The notes beneath the pieces were generated by a model, which saw only the letters and a list, made by a program, of their open reading frames with translations, was not told the origin of the DNA and did not search any database. DNA of 44,062 nt from positions 1 to 44,062 of the IMG/VR virus record IMGVR_UViG_2529292906_000019. The stretch is one strand, 5' to 3'. Source of the DNA: a virus (Duplodnaviria; Heunggongvirae; Uroviricota; Caudoviricetes). Made by a program: the position numbers and the translations under genes. Of this stretch, positions 8,142 to 18,328 are shown piece after piece. Position 1 is the first letter of the stretch, and each line of letters begins with the position of its first letter.

Positions 8142-8716
8142 GCAGACCCCAGGAAACCGATAAATTTTTGCAGCAGCGAGGTGTTGCTCACTGGAACTGG
8201 CGTTTTCGTACCGATGTCTTGGACAGGTGCCGTGCTTAAACCGTCCTGCATATTCGCTTTATCAGCCACAGAGACGCTCTGAGTTTGCGTTAATAGCACC
8301 TCGCGTAGCGTCAATACGCACGACAGTACGTTCTCGCTGGTGCGGTCTGTCGTCACCTCAATGGCGCGAATCAGCATGTTACTGTAGGTGCGCTTACCAG
8401 TGACCACGTCGAACGGCAACCGGGAAGACTGAAGATCCAGCAACTGCTGGTAAACCTCCTTTGGGCTCAGGCCAATTCCCAGACCGATTCCCGAGACATC
8501 CACAAAATCGAGAATGGATCCGCCACCAGAAAACCCGCACTCCATAGTGACTTCGCTGGCGCGTTTATAGGCGTGATCATTCACCGGAGCGCCAATTTCC
8601 ACCGGATGCTCAGTGATTTCGAGCGCATCAACATGCTTTTCTGACACCACAACATCTGGCACTAAGATGCCGATTTTGCGTGACTGCAGCCGGAAGATTG
8701 CCGACAAGATATCCAT
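8138..8716 (-). CDS. tail protein (P2 gpU-like position)
   Basis: 192-aa ORF immediately after the tape measure gene. Confidence 0.4.
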   Translation of the reverse strand: MDILSAIFRLQSRKIGILVPDVVVSEKHVDALEITEHPVEIGAPVNDHAYKRASEVTMECGFSGGGSILDFVDVSGIGLGIGLSPKEVYQQLLDLQSSRLPFDVVTGKRTYSNMLIRAIEVTTDRTSENVLSCVLTLREVLLTQTQSVSVADKANMQDGLSTAPVQDIGTKTPVPVSNTSLLQKFIGFLGSA

Positions 8717-10671
8717 CAGTAGACCCTCGGTTGAAGTTGCTGTGTGAGGCGAGAATTAACACCTGATTGGCGGTCTGCCACTTCCCGGCCGGTAGATGCT
8801 GGGTCATTCGCACCGTAAATATTGATGTTGGTTTCCTGGCTTATCTGGGAGGCCGCCTGGTTTGCCGCGAGGCTCGCCAGTGGGGAATTCCATTGCCCGT
8901 AACCTTCCTTGCGTGACATCGCCTGCAGGAGGTTACTGAACTGCTGCGGATCGCTCAGATTCAGCTTATCTTTAGTTCCCACGCCCATCATGTTGGCGAC
9001 AAAGTTGGAGTACGCCTCCGGATCGTTGTTGTCACTAGCCGGGGCGTACTTGTGGATGATGTCCCAGATTGTCTGTAGCTTCTGGAAGCCGGCAGCAGCA
9101 CTTTTCCCGGTGAAGTAGAGCCGAATCTGCCGGGCCATTGCCATCCACCCATCCATCGGCGTTGCATGAGAAGTAAACCCGGTACCGCCTACCGGGCGCA
9201 GATTACCCGGGTTGTTGTTCCGGTCTGCAAGTGTTTTGCCTGATCCGCCGCCATCTCCTAACAGCCATCCATTGAAAGTCTGCCCGATGCTTCTCGGGTC
9301 AAAGCCAGTCCTGTTTTTAATCCATTCGGCAGTGTTATTGGCGCTATCCGATACAGCAGGAAGTGCATCCTGCCCCTTCCCCTGAGAAAGCAGGTTTTTA
9401 CCAATTGCGTAAGCATCTGACCATCGCCCCTCGTTGATGGCGTTTATCAGGTCGCCAATCATCTTGATCATCTTGCCAAATTCACCAAATTGCTTGGTGA
9501 GGTTGTCGATGTCGCCTTTCAGGGTCCAGTTTTTGAGGTTGATATTGAGCAGCTTGGCTATCTCGACACCGATCGCTTTCACTGAATCTCGCAGTTCCCC
9601 CAGTGACTTCAGGGCAGCGTTAATCTCCGGCTCCCATTTATCCCAAGCGATAAGACTTTTCCCGCCCTCCTTCCACGTCTGGTAATCCTCAATAAGCGCC
9701 AGTATTGCGCCGCCGAGGGCTATCACAAGGCCGATTGGCGACTTGAGAAACTCCGAGTTAAGAACCTGCCAGGCGGATACCAACGCAGAAACTAGGGCAA
9801 TCAGCTGCTGTATATCCGGCGGCAGCTTTTTAAACCACTCAATCAGGCCGCCGACCGCTTGCGAGACGCGCCACGCCATCTGAGCTATCACATCCGCCGC
9901 GAAGAGCACACCCTTCACAACCTTTGTGACGACGTCCTCTATCTTCGGCCAGTTCTCCAACATCTGCTTACTGAGGTTATTCAGCGTGCCGCTCAGGCCA
10001 CCAGCCAGGTTTGAGCCGACCTTATCGCGCAGGATCCCCAGCAGCGACACAAATTGCCGCATTGAGGTCATGAATTTGTTGGACTGCTGCGCCGCCTTAT
10101 CCGCGTCAAAACCAGTCTTCTGCATCATCGACTGGTATTCAGCCGTGAAGCCAGACATCCCACGGCGCATCGACATCAGGGTGTTTTCGTCGATGCCCAG
10201 CATCTGCGCGTACTGGTTTGCCCGGTAATACGGCATATTGCTGAGCCGCTGACCAACACCAGTGAAGATGGACGACATATCGCGCATTTGCCCGGACGCA
10301 TCACGCGTCTGCACACCCAGACGATTCAGGAAGCCTTCAGCTCCCGGATTGCTTCGCATAAAACGCGCCAGGCTCTCCAGTGAGTTCTGGGCCGCCTCAG
10401 CACTGGATCCGGTTTGGGATGCAGCGTAGCCAAGGGCCTTAATACCGTTTACCGAAGCACCGGTCCGCTGTGACGCCCAGTAGAGCTTATCCAGTCCATT
10501 CGCGATCGAGGTGGTAAAACCGACAATGGCCAGCGCCGTGGATTCCACTGCGGCCCCCAGCTTAACAACGTTTGCCGCTACGCCTTTGAGCGTGGCTTCA
10601 AACTTCGCCTGGCCCGCGCCGTCGATATCGAACCCCAGAGAGACCAGGTAATCACGGATAGTATCAGCCAT
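8716..10671 (-). CDS. tail tape measure protein
   Basis: 651-aa ORF directly after the frameshifted chaperone pair; Ala/Gly/Gln-rich helical N-terminal part; largest tail gene. Confidence 0.8.
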   Translation of the reverse strand: MADTIRDYLVSLGFDIDGAGQAKFEATLKGVAANVVKLGAAVESTALAIVGFTTSIANGLDKLYWASQRTGASVNGIKALGYAASQTGSSAEAAQNSLESLARFMRSNPGAEGFLNRLGVQTRDASGQMRDMSSIFTGVGQRLSNMPYYRANQYAQMLGIDENTLMSMRRGMSGFTAEYQSMMQKTGFDADKAAQQSNKFMTSMRQFVSLLGILRDKVGSNLAGGLSGTLNNLSKQMLENWPKIEDVVTKVVKGVLFAADVIAQMAWRVSQAVGGLIEWFKKLPPDIQQLIALVSALVSAWQVLNSEFLKSPIGLVIALGGAILALIEDYQTWKEGGKSLIAWDKWEPEINAALKSLGELRDSVKAIGVEIAKLLNINLKNWTLKGDIDNLTKQFGEFGKMIKMIGDLINAINEGRWSDAYAIGKNLLSQGKGQDALPAVSDSANNTAEWIKNRTGFDPRSIGQTFNGWLLGDGGGSGKTLADRNNNPGNLRPVGGTGFTSHATPMDGWMAMARQIRLYFTGKSAAAGFQKLQTIWDIIHKYAPASDNNDPEAYSNFVANMMGVGTKDKLNLSDPQQFSNLLQAMSRKEGYGQWNSPLASLAANQAASQISQETNINIYGANDPASTGREVADRQSGVNSRLTQQLQPRVY

Positions 10672-11041
10672 TGTTCTGGGCTCTCCATTTGGCTACGCGC
10701 GCGTCATTATCGTCACGCATATCAAGGTAATCGTTAAGCAGCGCGATGCGGCACAGGTCAACTGCACCGCTATCGAGGTCTTTCTGATCGAGGTTGAAGG
10801 CGAGCGCCGGGCGAAGGATGTAATCCTCACCGCCCGGCAAGGTGTTGAAGGTTATTCCACTGGCAGGGTATTCGTCTCGCCGGTAGGAAGTCCTTGCAAA
10901 AAATTTCCCAGAGAATCCGCGACCACCCGCGCCACCAACTGCAGCATTACAAACAGGTCGATATCGTCGAATGCCATGGTGCCCTGCTGACACACTGGCA
11001 CCCAGGCGTTTAGGTGTTTTCGTGCAACCACCTGCAGGCAA
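10664..11041 (-). CDS. tail assembly chaperone frameshift extension (T-like), expressed as a fusion after a -1 shift
   Basis: Open frame -1 relative to the upstream chaperone ORF, overlapping it over 10852..11041; slippery run AAATTTTTTG (coding strand) at 10895..10908. Confidence 0.55.
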   Translation of the reverse strand: MPAGGCTKTPKRLGASVSAGHHGIRRYRPVCNAAVGGAGGRGFSGKFFARTSYRRDEYPASGITFNTLPGGEDYILRPALAFNLDQKDLDSGAVDLCRIALLNDYLDMRDDNDARVAKWRAQNNG

Positions 11042-11277
11042 GGGAACAGGATCGCATCCACATCAGCATCGCTTAGGCCGGAAACAGCATCAGCAATCTT
11101 CGGCACGATGCTCTCCAGCGCGCCTTCGGTGTCTTTATCACTTAGCTTTAACTGGATATTACGGAAGTCCGAGACCAGACCTGCCAGCACCGGCAATAGC
11201 TTGCGGGATACTTTCAATTGCTCGAACACGCTCAGCTTAGCGATACGGTACTGCTCATTTTTGATGGTGATTTCCAT
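10852..11277 (-). CDS. tail assembly chaperone (G-like)
   Basis: 141-aa ORF between tube and tape measure genes with an overlapping -1 frame ORF, the conserved G/GT arrangement. Confidence 0.65.
   Translation of the reverse strand: MEITIKNEQYRIAKLSVFEQLKVSRKLLPVLAGLVSDFRNIQLKLSDKDTEGALESIVPKIADAVSGLSDADVDAILFPCLQVVARKHLNAWVPVCQQGTMAFDDIDLFVMLQLVARVVADSLGNFLQGLPTGETNTLPVE
10895..10908 (-). other. putative programmed -1 ribosomal frameshift slippery site
   Basis: Coding-strand GGGAAATTTTTTG; zero frame reads GGA AAT TTT TTG, -1 frame reads GGG AAA TTT TTT. Confidence 0.5.
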
Positions 11278-11280
11278 GGA

Positions 11281-11721
11281 TTAGTACTCCCCCAGGAATG
11301 GGTCGATTTTGATGCAGTCGAAAACCCAGGCCACTGTCCCGCCTTCTTTAGCATTCTGCCAGTCAGGGTGTTTCTGGAATGCCCCACCGCGCGCTGTCAT
11401 GATGTCGCCGGAGGCCGTATTGCGAAATACGAATACGTTGTTGCCCCACAGCGATGAGGACTGGCTCTGTGCGTTATACGCCAGCGACAGTTTTTTGTTC
11501 ACCGGAGATGTCTTCAGCAGGTTGACGGTTACCGTCCCGGCTTTACCCGCGTGCAGGGAGTGCATACCTTCGCCATCTGCCCCAATCGTCATGGTGTTTT
11601 TGTTTTCCACCATGGCGACGGTGATACCTTCTTCGGAGTTTGCGGAACCTGCACCAAGATCAATCACCCCGGTTGGGCCAGTCATTGACCCCGTGATATC
11701 CAGAAAAGAATAAGTGCTCAT
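11281..11721 (-). CDS. tail tube protein
   Basis: 146-aa ORF between sheath and chaperone genes; assignment by size and order. Confidence 0.6.
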   Translation of the reverse strand: MSTYSFLDITGSMTGPTGVIDLGAGSANSEEGITVAMVENKNTMTIGADGEGMHSLHAGKAGTVTVNLLKTSPVNKKLSLAYNAQSQSSSLWGNNVFVFRNTASGDIMTARGGAFQKHPDWQNAKEGGTVAWVFDCIKIDPFLGEY

Positions 11722-11732
11722 TCAGGGTCTCC

Positions 11733-13226
11733 TTAGCGCACCACGTCGATTAATACGTCAGCGAAGTGGATAGCACCCGTCAGTTTGGTTGCCACCTGGA
11801 TCACCGGAGCTTTTCGCGCCTCACGGTCTGCCTGAGCTTGCGCATTGAGCGAGTTAGCGAAGACGTAATAGCCTTTGGTCAGCATATCCCCTGCCGTCAG
11901 TTGCCCGACGTCACCACCGTTCCAGATACCCGGAGCCACCAGGCCGTTATTCGCTGACTGGTCCATCGATTGCTCAATGTTGGTTACCAGGCGCGTCACA
12001 CCGGCTTCAGTCTGTGGAATTTTGGTGGTGGAGGTGTAAAGCAGGTTCCAGAGGTTGTTCTGGACGTAGTTCTGCAGCCAGTCGAGCCCGTGACGTTCGT
12101 CGAAGAAGTCGCCGTTAGACATCACCCCTTCCTGGATGATTGCTGTGTCGTTGGCATAACGCACGAACACGTTGCAGTTTTTGGCCTTCAGCGTATCGGC
12201 TTGCTGCGCGGTGATAGTCTCGGCAGTGATGCCCGGCTCCTGCTTGAACTTCAGGGTAATGGTGGTGTTATTGCCCAGGAAATTGACAGTGAACGCACGC
12301 CCGAACGCAGAAGCTGCTGCATAAGGCGTTTTGCTGTACTGGCAGAACACGCGCCCGTAACCCGCAGCTTTAAGCTTGCTGGCAATGTCCATGGCGTTCG
12401 TACCATCAAGCACCGTGGCATCAGCTGAAGTCACGCCGTACACGCGAGAATCACTGGCAGAGCCAATCAGCGCGGCGACATCGAGGTGATCCTGGTCTGT
12501 CATCGTCGCATCAGCAATCACCAGGCCATACCAGTCAGCGGAATATCCCAGCGCCGCCGCGACAGAAGGAACAGCAGAGCCTGCATGTGCCGCTGTACCG
12601 TTTACTGCAACCGGATGGCTACCCGCATCGATACCCATCAAAGGAGCCAGATCCGTTCCTGCCCCTGCTGCTGATGGAATGCCAACAATGGATGCCGCAC
12701 CGGTTGTTGGTGAGGTGATCAGGAAGTGCGAGGTCACCGCATTCCACGTCACAACCGCGCCTGCCAGTTTGGTGCTGATGGCCGTTGCCACTTCTGCCAG
12801 GGTTGTCACCGCCGACAGGTCAACAGCACTGATATTTTTTGCAGCACCATCAATGGTGATATTCAGCGCGCCATCGGTGACAGCGCTGAAGTTTTCAATA
12901 CGCTGCTCAGAGGCATTCAGCTGCGCACCCGTGAGTGTGCCTGCGGTTGCTGGAATTGGCGTTCTGTCCATTTTGCCAATGTACAAATCCAGTGGCTGGG
13001 GCGACTGCTGGAAGTAAAGGTTTGCGGCCTTGTACTCTTCTGACGTGGTGCCGAAGTCAGCGGCCACACTTTCAATATCGTTATACAGACGCATAACTTC
13101 TGGCGCGGTCAAAACACCGGACGTGCCGAGAGCCAGCAAAGCGCCGAAGTCCCGGCCCTGCGCGGCTCGTAGCGCGAGCGAAACCTGCACGCGTACGACG
13201 CGTGAGACTGATAAGCCGTTAGGCAT
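11733..13226 (-). CDS. tail sheath protein
   Basis: 497-aa ORF immediately upstream of the tube gene. Confidence 0.65.
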   Translation of the reverse strand: MPNGLSVSRVVRVQVSLALRAAQGRDFGALLALGTSGVLTAPEVMRLYNDIESVAADFGTTSEEYKAANLYFQQSPQPLDLYIGKMDRTPIPATAGTLTGAQLNASEQRIENFSAVTDGALNITIDGAAKNISAVDLSAVTTLAEVATAISTKLAGAVVTWNAVTSHFLITSPTTGAASIVGIPSAAGAGTDLAPLMGIDAGSHPVAVNGTAAHAGSAVPSVAAALGYSADWYGLVIADATMTDQDHLDVAALIGSASDSRVYGVTSADATVLDGTNAMDIASKLKAAGYGRVFCQYSKTPYAAASAFGRAFTVNFLGNNTTITLKFKQEPGITAETITAQQADTLKAKNCNVFVRYANDTAIIQEGVMSNGDFFDERHGLDWLQNYVQNNLWNLLYTSTTKIPQTEAGVTRLVTNIEQSMDQSANNGLVAPGIWNGGDVGQLTAGDMLTKGYYVFANSLNAQAQADREARKAPVIQVATKLTGAIHFADVLIDVVR

Positions 13227-13228
13227 GA

Positions 13229-13771
13229 TTATTCTCCGAAAAATTTAACTGGAGCAGAGAGGAGCGATTTGATGCCGTACTCACGTACCGTCTTGCGGCG
13301 AAGTGTCACAGACAGGTCGTAGCGGCGTTGCCACTGGTTATTGATAAGTTCTGGTGCCGGAATGATGCGACCAACCTCGCCAAGCGTCAGGCCAACCCGA
13401 TTCAACTCCGCATTGTTCTGCGAGACGAACAGGCCGCTGCGGAACGTTTTGGCAAATGACTGGCCTGCTGGGCCGTAAAAGCAGCAGAGCACCACAAGCG
13501 TTTCGTATTGCCACTGGTAATCGGTGTCTTCATCTTTGGTTACAGAGGCCGGGTTTGCGGCGTCCTGAAAGTCTGAGATGTTGAACCCGCACCAGTTGGT
13601 ACCAAGCTCCGGGATCGTCGGCTGAGGATCGGTAAATCGAGGTCGGGACATTCCGTCAGGTAGACCGGATACACCGCGTATCCAGCGGCTAAGTTCACGC
13701 TCCAGCTCCTGATCATACTGTGGCACCGGACTGGTTGGCGTCAGGTATCCGGGTTGCGTGGTGTTATTCAA
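13229..13771 (-). CDS. tail completion / neck protein
   Basis: 180-aa ORF between head genes and sheath; by position. Confidence 0.35.
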   Translation of the reverse strand: MNNTTQPGYLTPTSPVPQYDQELERELSRWIRGVSGLPDGMSRPRFTDPQPTIPELGTNWCGFNISDFQDAANPASVTKDEDTDYQWQYETLVVLCCFYGPAGQSFAKTFRSGLFVSQNNAELNRVGLTLGEVGRIIPAPELINNQWQRRYDLSVTLRRKTVREYGIKSLLSAPVKFFGE

Positions 13772-14150
13772 CTGACGTACCTCCGTTGAACTCCATCAGC
13801 TCGCAGTGTGCCTGAACGAATCCTGCACCGTAGGACGTGTACGGATCCACAAACGTGACGCGGTAATGTCGCCCGTTATAGGTCACCACATCAGCATCCA
13901 GCCCAGGCTTGCCCTGAGTCAGTCTGAACTGCGTCACCACGAGGATCGCCCCTCCAATAGACTGCCCGGCGGCCATACGCTTTGCTTCCAACGAGCGGTC
14001 AACCGTAACTACCCCGTTGAACGGGATGTCCTGGCCGGTGTTAGTAGCGAAGCCATCAGCGTCAAGCACCTGCGTCTTCCGCGTGCACACCAGTGTGTAA
14101 TCACAGAAATCAGGGTCTAGCAGGACATCCGTCACATCGAGAAAAGGCAT
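13764..14150 (-). CDS. head-tail joining protein
   Basis: 128-aa ORF in the head-tail connector block; by position. Confidence 0.35.
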   Translation of the reverse strand: MPFLDVTDVLLDPDFCDYTLVCTRKTQVLDADGFATNTGQDIPFNGVVTVDRSLEAKRMAAGQSIGGAILVVTQFRLTQGKPGLDADVVTYNGRHYRVTFVDPYTSYGAGFVQAHCELMEFNGGTSVE

Positions 14151-14695
14151 TATTTTTTACCTCTCACAACGTAGGTGATTGAGCGCAGGAGATAGCCATG
14201 GGCATAGAGTGGCTTGTCGCCTGGCAATCCCTGCGCCCGGCGGTTAGCTTTGGTCATGTCAGAGATAGGAATTAGGCGATCGCCATCAGTAATAACGCGC
14301 TTCGCACCGTTTGAGGCAACCAACCCGGCCTTTTCCAGCTCATTCTCTGCAGCTGAGAATTGCCCATCCAGCGCCATGCCTGCAGCGGCCTTGAGGTGCT
14401 CCGACGTCACTGCCTGAGTATCCTCGATCCCGATATCCAGAAAAGGACGCGGAGGTAATGTCACCTCGCGGCCGCCAAGCCTGACTGTTGCCCCTGTAGA
14501 CTGCAGATAGCCAATCTCAGCGTTATTCAACTCTTCCCCGTCCTCGCGAACCGCGTTGGATTCTGGTATGCCCACCAGCACATCCATCTTCGACAGCCTG
14601 TCCAGGCCAGCGAGAACAGAGGCGGCGTTATCCGCCCTGACTTTCACGCCGCTCATAGCAGTTGCCGCCCGCCAGCACCCGACATCGACCACCAC
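14150..14695 (-). CDS. head-tail joining protein
   Basis: 181-aa ORF in the connector block; by position. Confidence 0.35.
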   Translation of the reverse strand: MVVDVGCWRAATAMSGVKVRADNAASVLAGLDRLSKMDVLVGIPESNAVREDGEELNNAEIGYLQSTGATVRLGGREVTLPPRPFLDIGIEDTQAVTSEHLKAAAGMALDGQFSAAENELEKAGLVASNGAKRVITDGDRLIPISDMTKANRRAQGLPGDKPLYAHGYLLRSITYVVRGKK

Positions 14696-15060
14696 CAGTA
14701 GAATTCGCGCCCATACCCGGTGTTATTCCAGAAACCTGCATCAGGGTTAATCACGCCAGAGACGTCATAGCTAGCGGATACCTTGTCCACGGATTTGGAT
14801 GTGAGGATGCCGCCGCCGGAGGAGTTGACGCCGCCAGCTGCTGCGCCTGCAATAGCCTTACCACGAAGCTCTGTATAGTGGGCCGTGAACAACTCAGCGA
14901 GGTAAACGAACTGGCAGCCGAACACATCCTGGTTAAGCAGGCAATCAGCCTGATTCAGATAGAAGTTGACGGATGCGTCAGGATAACGAGTAGCGTCGGA
15001 AAACTCAGGGAAGTCGATGCGGAACTGATCACTTGTTGGCAGAAGGCTGTTTTTTGCCAT
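14653..15060 (-). CDS. head completion / connector protein
   Basis: 135-aa ORF downstream of the capsid genes; the true start is probably internal. Confidence 0.35.
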   Translation of the reverse strand: MAKNSLLPTSDQFRIDFPEFSDATRYPDASVNFYLNQADCLLNQDVFGCQFVYLAELFTAHYTELRGKAIAGAAAGGVNSSGGGILTSKSVDKVSASYDVSGVINPDAGFWNNTGYGREFYWWWSMSGAGGRQLL

Positions 15061-15415
15061 TAGCAGCCTCCAGCGCGGTCAGCTTTTCGGTCAGCTCACC
15101 CAACTGCTGCTGCAGACCGGTGATGGTGCCGTCTTTCTCTTCGATTTGTTTTAGATGATCGTCGATGGTGGAGGCATTTTCACCCAACTGCTGCTGCAGA
15201 CCGGTGATGGTGTCTTCCAGACCTGAGACCTTCAGCATAAGGTCTTCATCATCCTGGCTCTGCTTCAGCTCATCTTCAGTGATGGGCTGAGCATGCGCAC
15301 CAAACGCCCAGTGCTCGGTCACGCGCTTTTCAAAGCTGTGCACGCCTGGCGTCAACTCAACATGCGAGCCGTCGGTGAAGCGCAGAACAGCACCGGAAGT
15401 TACGAGATATTTCAT
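15029..15415 (-). CDS. coiled-coil protein with internal repeat (TITGLQQQLGE twice)
   Basis: 128-aa ORF; a 32-bp DNA segment is repeated at 15097..15128 and 15181..15212. Confidence 0.4.
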   Translation of the reverse strand: MKYLVTSGAVLRFTDGSHVELTPGVHSFEKRVTEHWAFGAHAQPITEDELKQSQDDEDLMLKVSGLEDTITGLQQQLGENASTIDDHLKQIEEKDGTITGLQQQLGELTEKLTALEAANGKKQPSANK

Positions 15416-15452
15416 ACTCTCTCCAGAACGGCGGGTTACCCCGCCATAAGGG

Positions 15453-16403
15453 TTACGCTACAGGAACGTCCATGTAGGCGATGGTGTTGCCGTACGGGGT
15501 TTCAACCTGGCCCAAACGACCGTAGTAGGTTGTCAGTTGATACAGACCGCGGTATTCCAGCGGGGTATTCAGCAGCGGCACCAGAGGGAAGCGAATGAAC
15601 TTCTCGTCCTGGGTATATGCCACCATGCGATGAGCGCTAGCTGCGCCACGTTTGGAAGCCCACTTCATGGACACGATTTCCAACGGCACGCCGTTCTCCT
15701 GGAACGCGATGCTGTTGATCCTGATGTACTCCATTACGGAGATGTTTCCGGCATCAGAAACTTTACGGCTCACCAGGATGCTGAACAGTTCAGGGGCCAG
15801 GCCGATTTTTGCAGGACAAATGGCATAACCTGAATTTACCCATGCCTGAGACAGCACAAGGTTTACATCCCCGAGAATTTCATCTGGCGTTGTTGCTGGA
15901 TCTGCCCACGCCTTAGCAGCGCTGATTGGTGTTACCTGAGAGAGGTTCAGAAGGCCGGTGACACCCAGATCGTTATCGCCAATGTAAACCTGCTCGTCGA
16001 TGTCCATGTTCCATTTGAGTTGCATGGCATCGTACTTCTGGCTGTCTACCGGGCGTCCTACCTGCTGAGCAGAAGCCAGCTCTGGCAGTGTCCAACCCAG
16101 CTCCATGCCCCACAGGCTCAGTGGTTGAGCGGTCTTCTCGATATAGATATTGGTCTGCGGGATAGCAGTGGAGTTTTTGCCGATCCAGTTTTTGCCGTTC
16201 GGGTTCACACCACCAGCGGCCGCGATATCGGTGTTGGTGAAGGAGGACTGCTCATCAGCGATAGAAACGTCGCTGCGCAGCGGCATATCACGCGACCACT
16301 TATAGCTAACCAGCGGCAGGTTAAGCGTCTGGTCAAGGCGCTCAAGTTCGCCGACCAGGAATACGCCAGCAGCGTCTACGGTGGCTTTATCGATAGTAAA
16401 CAT
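15453..16403 (-). CDS. major capsid protein
   Basis: 316-aa ORF downstream of the scaffold and decoration genes; by size and order. Confidence 0.6.
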   Translation of the reverse strand: MFTIDKATVDAAGVFLVGELERLDQTLNLPLVSYKWSRDMPLRSDVSIADEQSSFTNTDIAAAGGVNPNGKNWIGKNSTAIPQTNIYIEKTAQPLSLWGMELGWTLPELASAQQVGRPVDSQKYDAMQLKWNMDIDEQVYIGDNDLGVTGLLNLSQVTPISAAKAWADPATTPDEILGDVNLVLSQAWVNSGYAICPAKIGLAPELFSILVSRKVSDAGNISVMEYIRINSIAFQENGVPLEIVSMKWASKRGAASAHRMVAYTQDEKFIRFPLVPLLNTPLEYRGLYQLTTYYGRLGQVETPYGNTIAYMDVPVA

Positions 16404-16413
16404 TCATCGTTCC

Positions 16414-16932
16414 TTAGATGTTGTAGGCGATTTCAACGTTGCCGTGGGTGGTGGTTGCTGCTGCATCGCCGGGGCCCATCACTTTCGCAATGGTCAACTC
16501 AGGGGTGTTAGATGCGGTGCCATCAGGAGTTAGTACCACAGAACCTAAAGGACTTGCCGTCGTAGGCGCAGCGACACGGATGTAAACCTTGTCACCCTTC
16601 TTGGCAGTACCGGCCTGAGCCGTAGGAACGGCCACGCAGATATAACCACGCTTCAGTTGGTCTCCTGTGTAGCCAGCCGTTACACCCAGCGCGCAAGCAT
16701 CAGTCGGGTTGGTAGTTGGGTACGGACGAACGAACAGGCCAGCTACGTCAGCAACGGTGTCACCGGCCTCCAGCGGCACGAATTTACCGTTGAGATTCTT
16801 ACCCGCTAGGCCATAAGAAGGGAATGGCTTAGTGGCATCGAGGATTGCAGGCTCTGCGGTGAGGTCCTGTGGACGAGTAACGGCACCAGGGAAACCGATC
16901 CCCATACGAGTTAAATAAGCTTTACCAGCCAT
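16414..16932 (-). CDS. head decoration / structural protein
   Basis: 172-aa Gly/Thr/Ala-rich ORF immediately upstream of the capsid gene. Confidence 0.4.
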   Translation of the reverse strand: MAGKAYLTRMGIGFPGAVTRPQDLTAEPAILDATKPFPSYGLAGKNLNGKFVPLEAGDTVADVAGLFVRPYPTTNPTDACALGVTAGYTGDQLKRGYICVAVPTAQAGTAKKGDKVYIRVAAPTTASPLGSVVLTPDGTASNTPELTIAKVMGPGDAAATTTHGNVEIAYNI

Positions 16933-16943
16933 TGTTGGTTACC

Positions 16944-18107
16944 TTATTGGTTGCGTTTCCAGAAATCGGCGTTGATTTTGTTCAGCTCAGCCGGGGACAT
17001 AGGGCCGCGAGCGCGATCACCAGTTGGTTTGCCAGATGGCGGGGTGATCCGATTTTTGGCTTTGTTCAGTTCCAGCGCGCCGCTGAATACCGCGTCCACC
17101 TTGGCTTTCGGCACCTTGTCATAGTCCTGAATGCCAAATGACTTGAGGTATGTGCTGTCGCCGGTACGCATCGCGTGATTCAGTACCTGACGCTTCAGGC
17201 CTTTGTCGCCACTAGGCTGGAAGCCTGGACAGATGATCTCCGCGTCACCGATGAGGTTGCGCTTATACGCCGCATCTCCGGTTACCTTCGCATCTTCTTC
17301 TGCGTCTTCATCACCGGTTTTCTTATCCAGATCGGTTTCTTCGTCGGTCGTGGTCTTCTGGTCTGCCGGCAACGCGGTAGCCTGAGAAGGCACGTTCATG
17401 TTGATAGTTAACCCGGGGATCGAACTCATACCGTCTGACGGCATATCGGGAGCTTCATCTGCAAGCTTCGCCAGCGCATCTTCATCTTTGGTGCGAATGG
17501 CATTGGCCAGCTTCTGAAACCAGTTCTGCTGTTTCATGTTGCTTCCTTTGGTTGATGGGGCTGAATCCCCTATGGCACATCGGGAACCAGCCCGCCCGCG
17601 GTCGATACCGACGGCCAGATGGTTGCCTGTGATTTGGTGTTGTTTTCCCTTGCCGGGCGAGAGCTGCTTATAGAGCGCGTCGTATCCGCAGCTGACATCG
17701 GTCAGACCAGCCTCGATTGCGTCGATTGCTTCCAGGCGCTTAACCAGCACGTCGGCAATGAGCAGGTCTGCTTTATCGCCTGTGCCGCGCCTGACGTTCT
17801 GAATATGACCGTGGGCCAGTTCGGAATAGTTGGTGGGGTTAACGAAAAGGATGCCGCCACCAGCGTCTTCTGGGTGCCCCAGCGTGACGGCGACGCCCTC
17901 AAAGCTCGCCATCGTTTCAGGAGAGAACACCTCATCTTCCGTTCGCCAGACAGTGACGGTACCGCTCGCGTCGGGCTCAAGGTCGATTTCTTCCGGCAGA
18001 TAGACCTGAGATCCCGTTCTGGCAATCGGCACGTCCTTGCAGAGCAATGAGCCGTCCGCCATGCGGAACCGGGTTTCCCCGAGCCTGGTCTCAAAAAAGT
18101 ATTTCAT
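16944..18107 (-). CDS. prohead protease / scaffolding protein
   Basis: 387-aa ORF between the MuF-like and capsid genes with an acidic, low-complexity C-terminal half typical of scaffolds. Confidence 0.45.
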   Translation of the reverse strand: MKYFFETRLGETRFRMADGSLLCKDVPIARTGSQVYLPEEIDLEPDASGTVTVWRTEDEVFSPETMASFEGVAVTLGHPEDAGGGILFVNPTNYSELAHGHIQNVRRGTGDKADLLIADVLVKRLEAIDAIEAGLTDVSCGYDALYKQLSPGKGKQHQITGNHLAVGIDRGRAGSRCAIGDSAPSTKGSNMKQQNWFQKLANAIRTKDEDALAKLADEAPDMPSDGMSSIPGLTINMNVPSQATALPADQKTTTDEETDLDKKTGDEDAEEDAKVTGDAAYKRNLIGDAEIICPGFQPSGDKGLKRQVLNHAMRTGDSTYLKSFGIQDYDKVPKAKVDAVFSGALELNKAKNRITPPSGKPTGDRARGPMSPAELNKINADFWKRNQ

Positions 18108-18127
18108 GGGTTACCTGCTGAATTGCG

Positions 18128-18160
18128 GGCAAATAAAAAGGCCTGCATAAGCAGGCCTCT
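18128..18160 (-). terminator. rho-independent terminator-like hairpin
   Basis: Minus strand AGGCCTGCTTATGCAGGCCT followed by TTTTATTTG. Confidence 0.45.
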
Positions 18161-18163
18161 TTC

Positions 18164-18328
18164 TCAGACTAGAAATCCACGTCGCCTCAACTCGACAAGA
18201 ATTGAATCGATAGCACCGTGGATGATGTCAGTGTTGTAATCCTGCGAATTTCCTGACTGATAAATATCATCAAGCAATTTGCGATTGTGCCTTAAGCTGT
18301 CAATAAGTCGTGCGTTGGTAAGTGCCAT
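18164..18328 (-). CDS. small protein of unknown function (54 aa from MALTNARLIDS...)
   Basis: ATG at 18328 preceded by AGGAGG; sits between the MuF-like gene and a terminator; the track ORF extends to 18367. Confidence 0.35.
   Translation of the reverse strand: MALTNARLIDSLRHNRKLLDDIYQSGNSQDYNTDIIHGAIDSILVELRRRGFLV

Noticed and set aside
11766-13248. Several + strand ORFs (e.g. 11970..12428, 12679..13017, 12726..13043, 13030..13248) antisense to the tail sheath gene
   Set aside because: They overlap a long, well-supported minus-strand structural gene in a GC-rich operon with tightly coupled neighbours and lack RBS context; judged to be antisense shadow ORFs. The same reasoning was applied to other antisense ORFs such as 3684..4376, 5308..5987, 8909..10228, 16020..16511, 17619..18050, 19132..20178 and 26482..27000.
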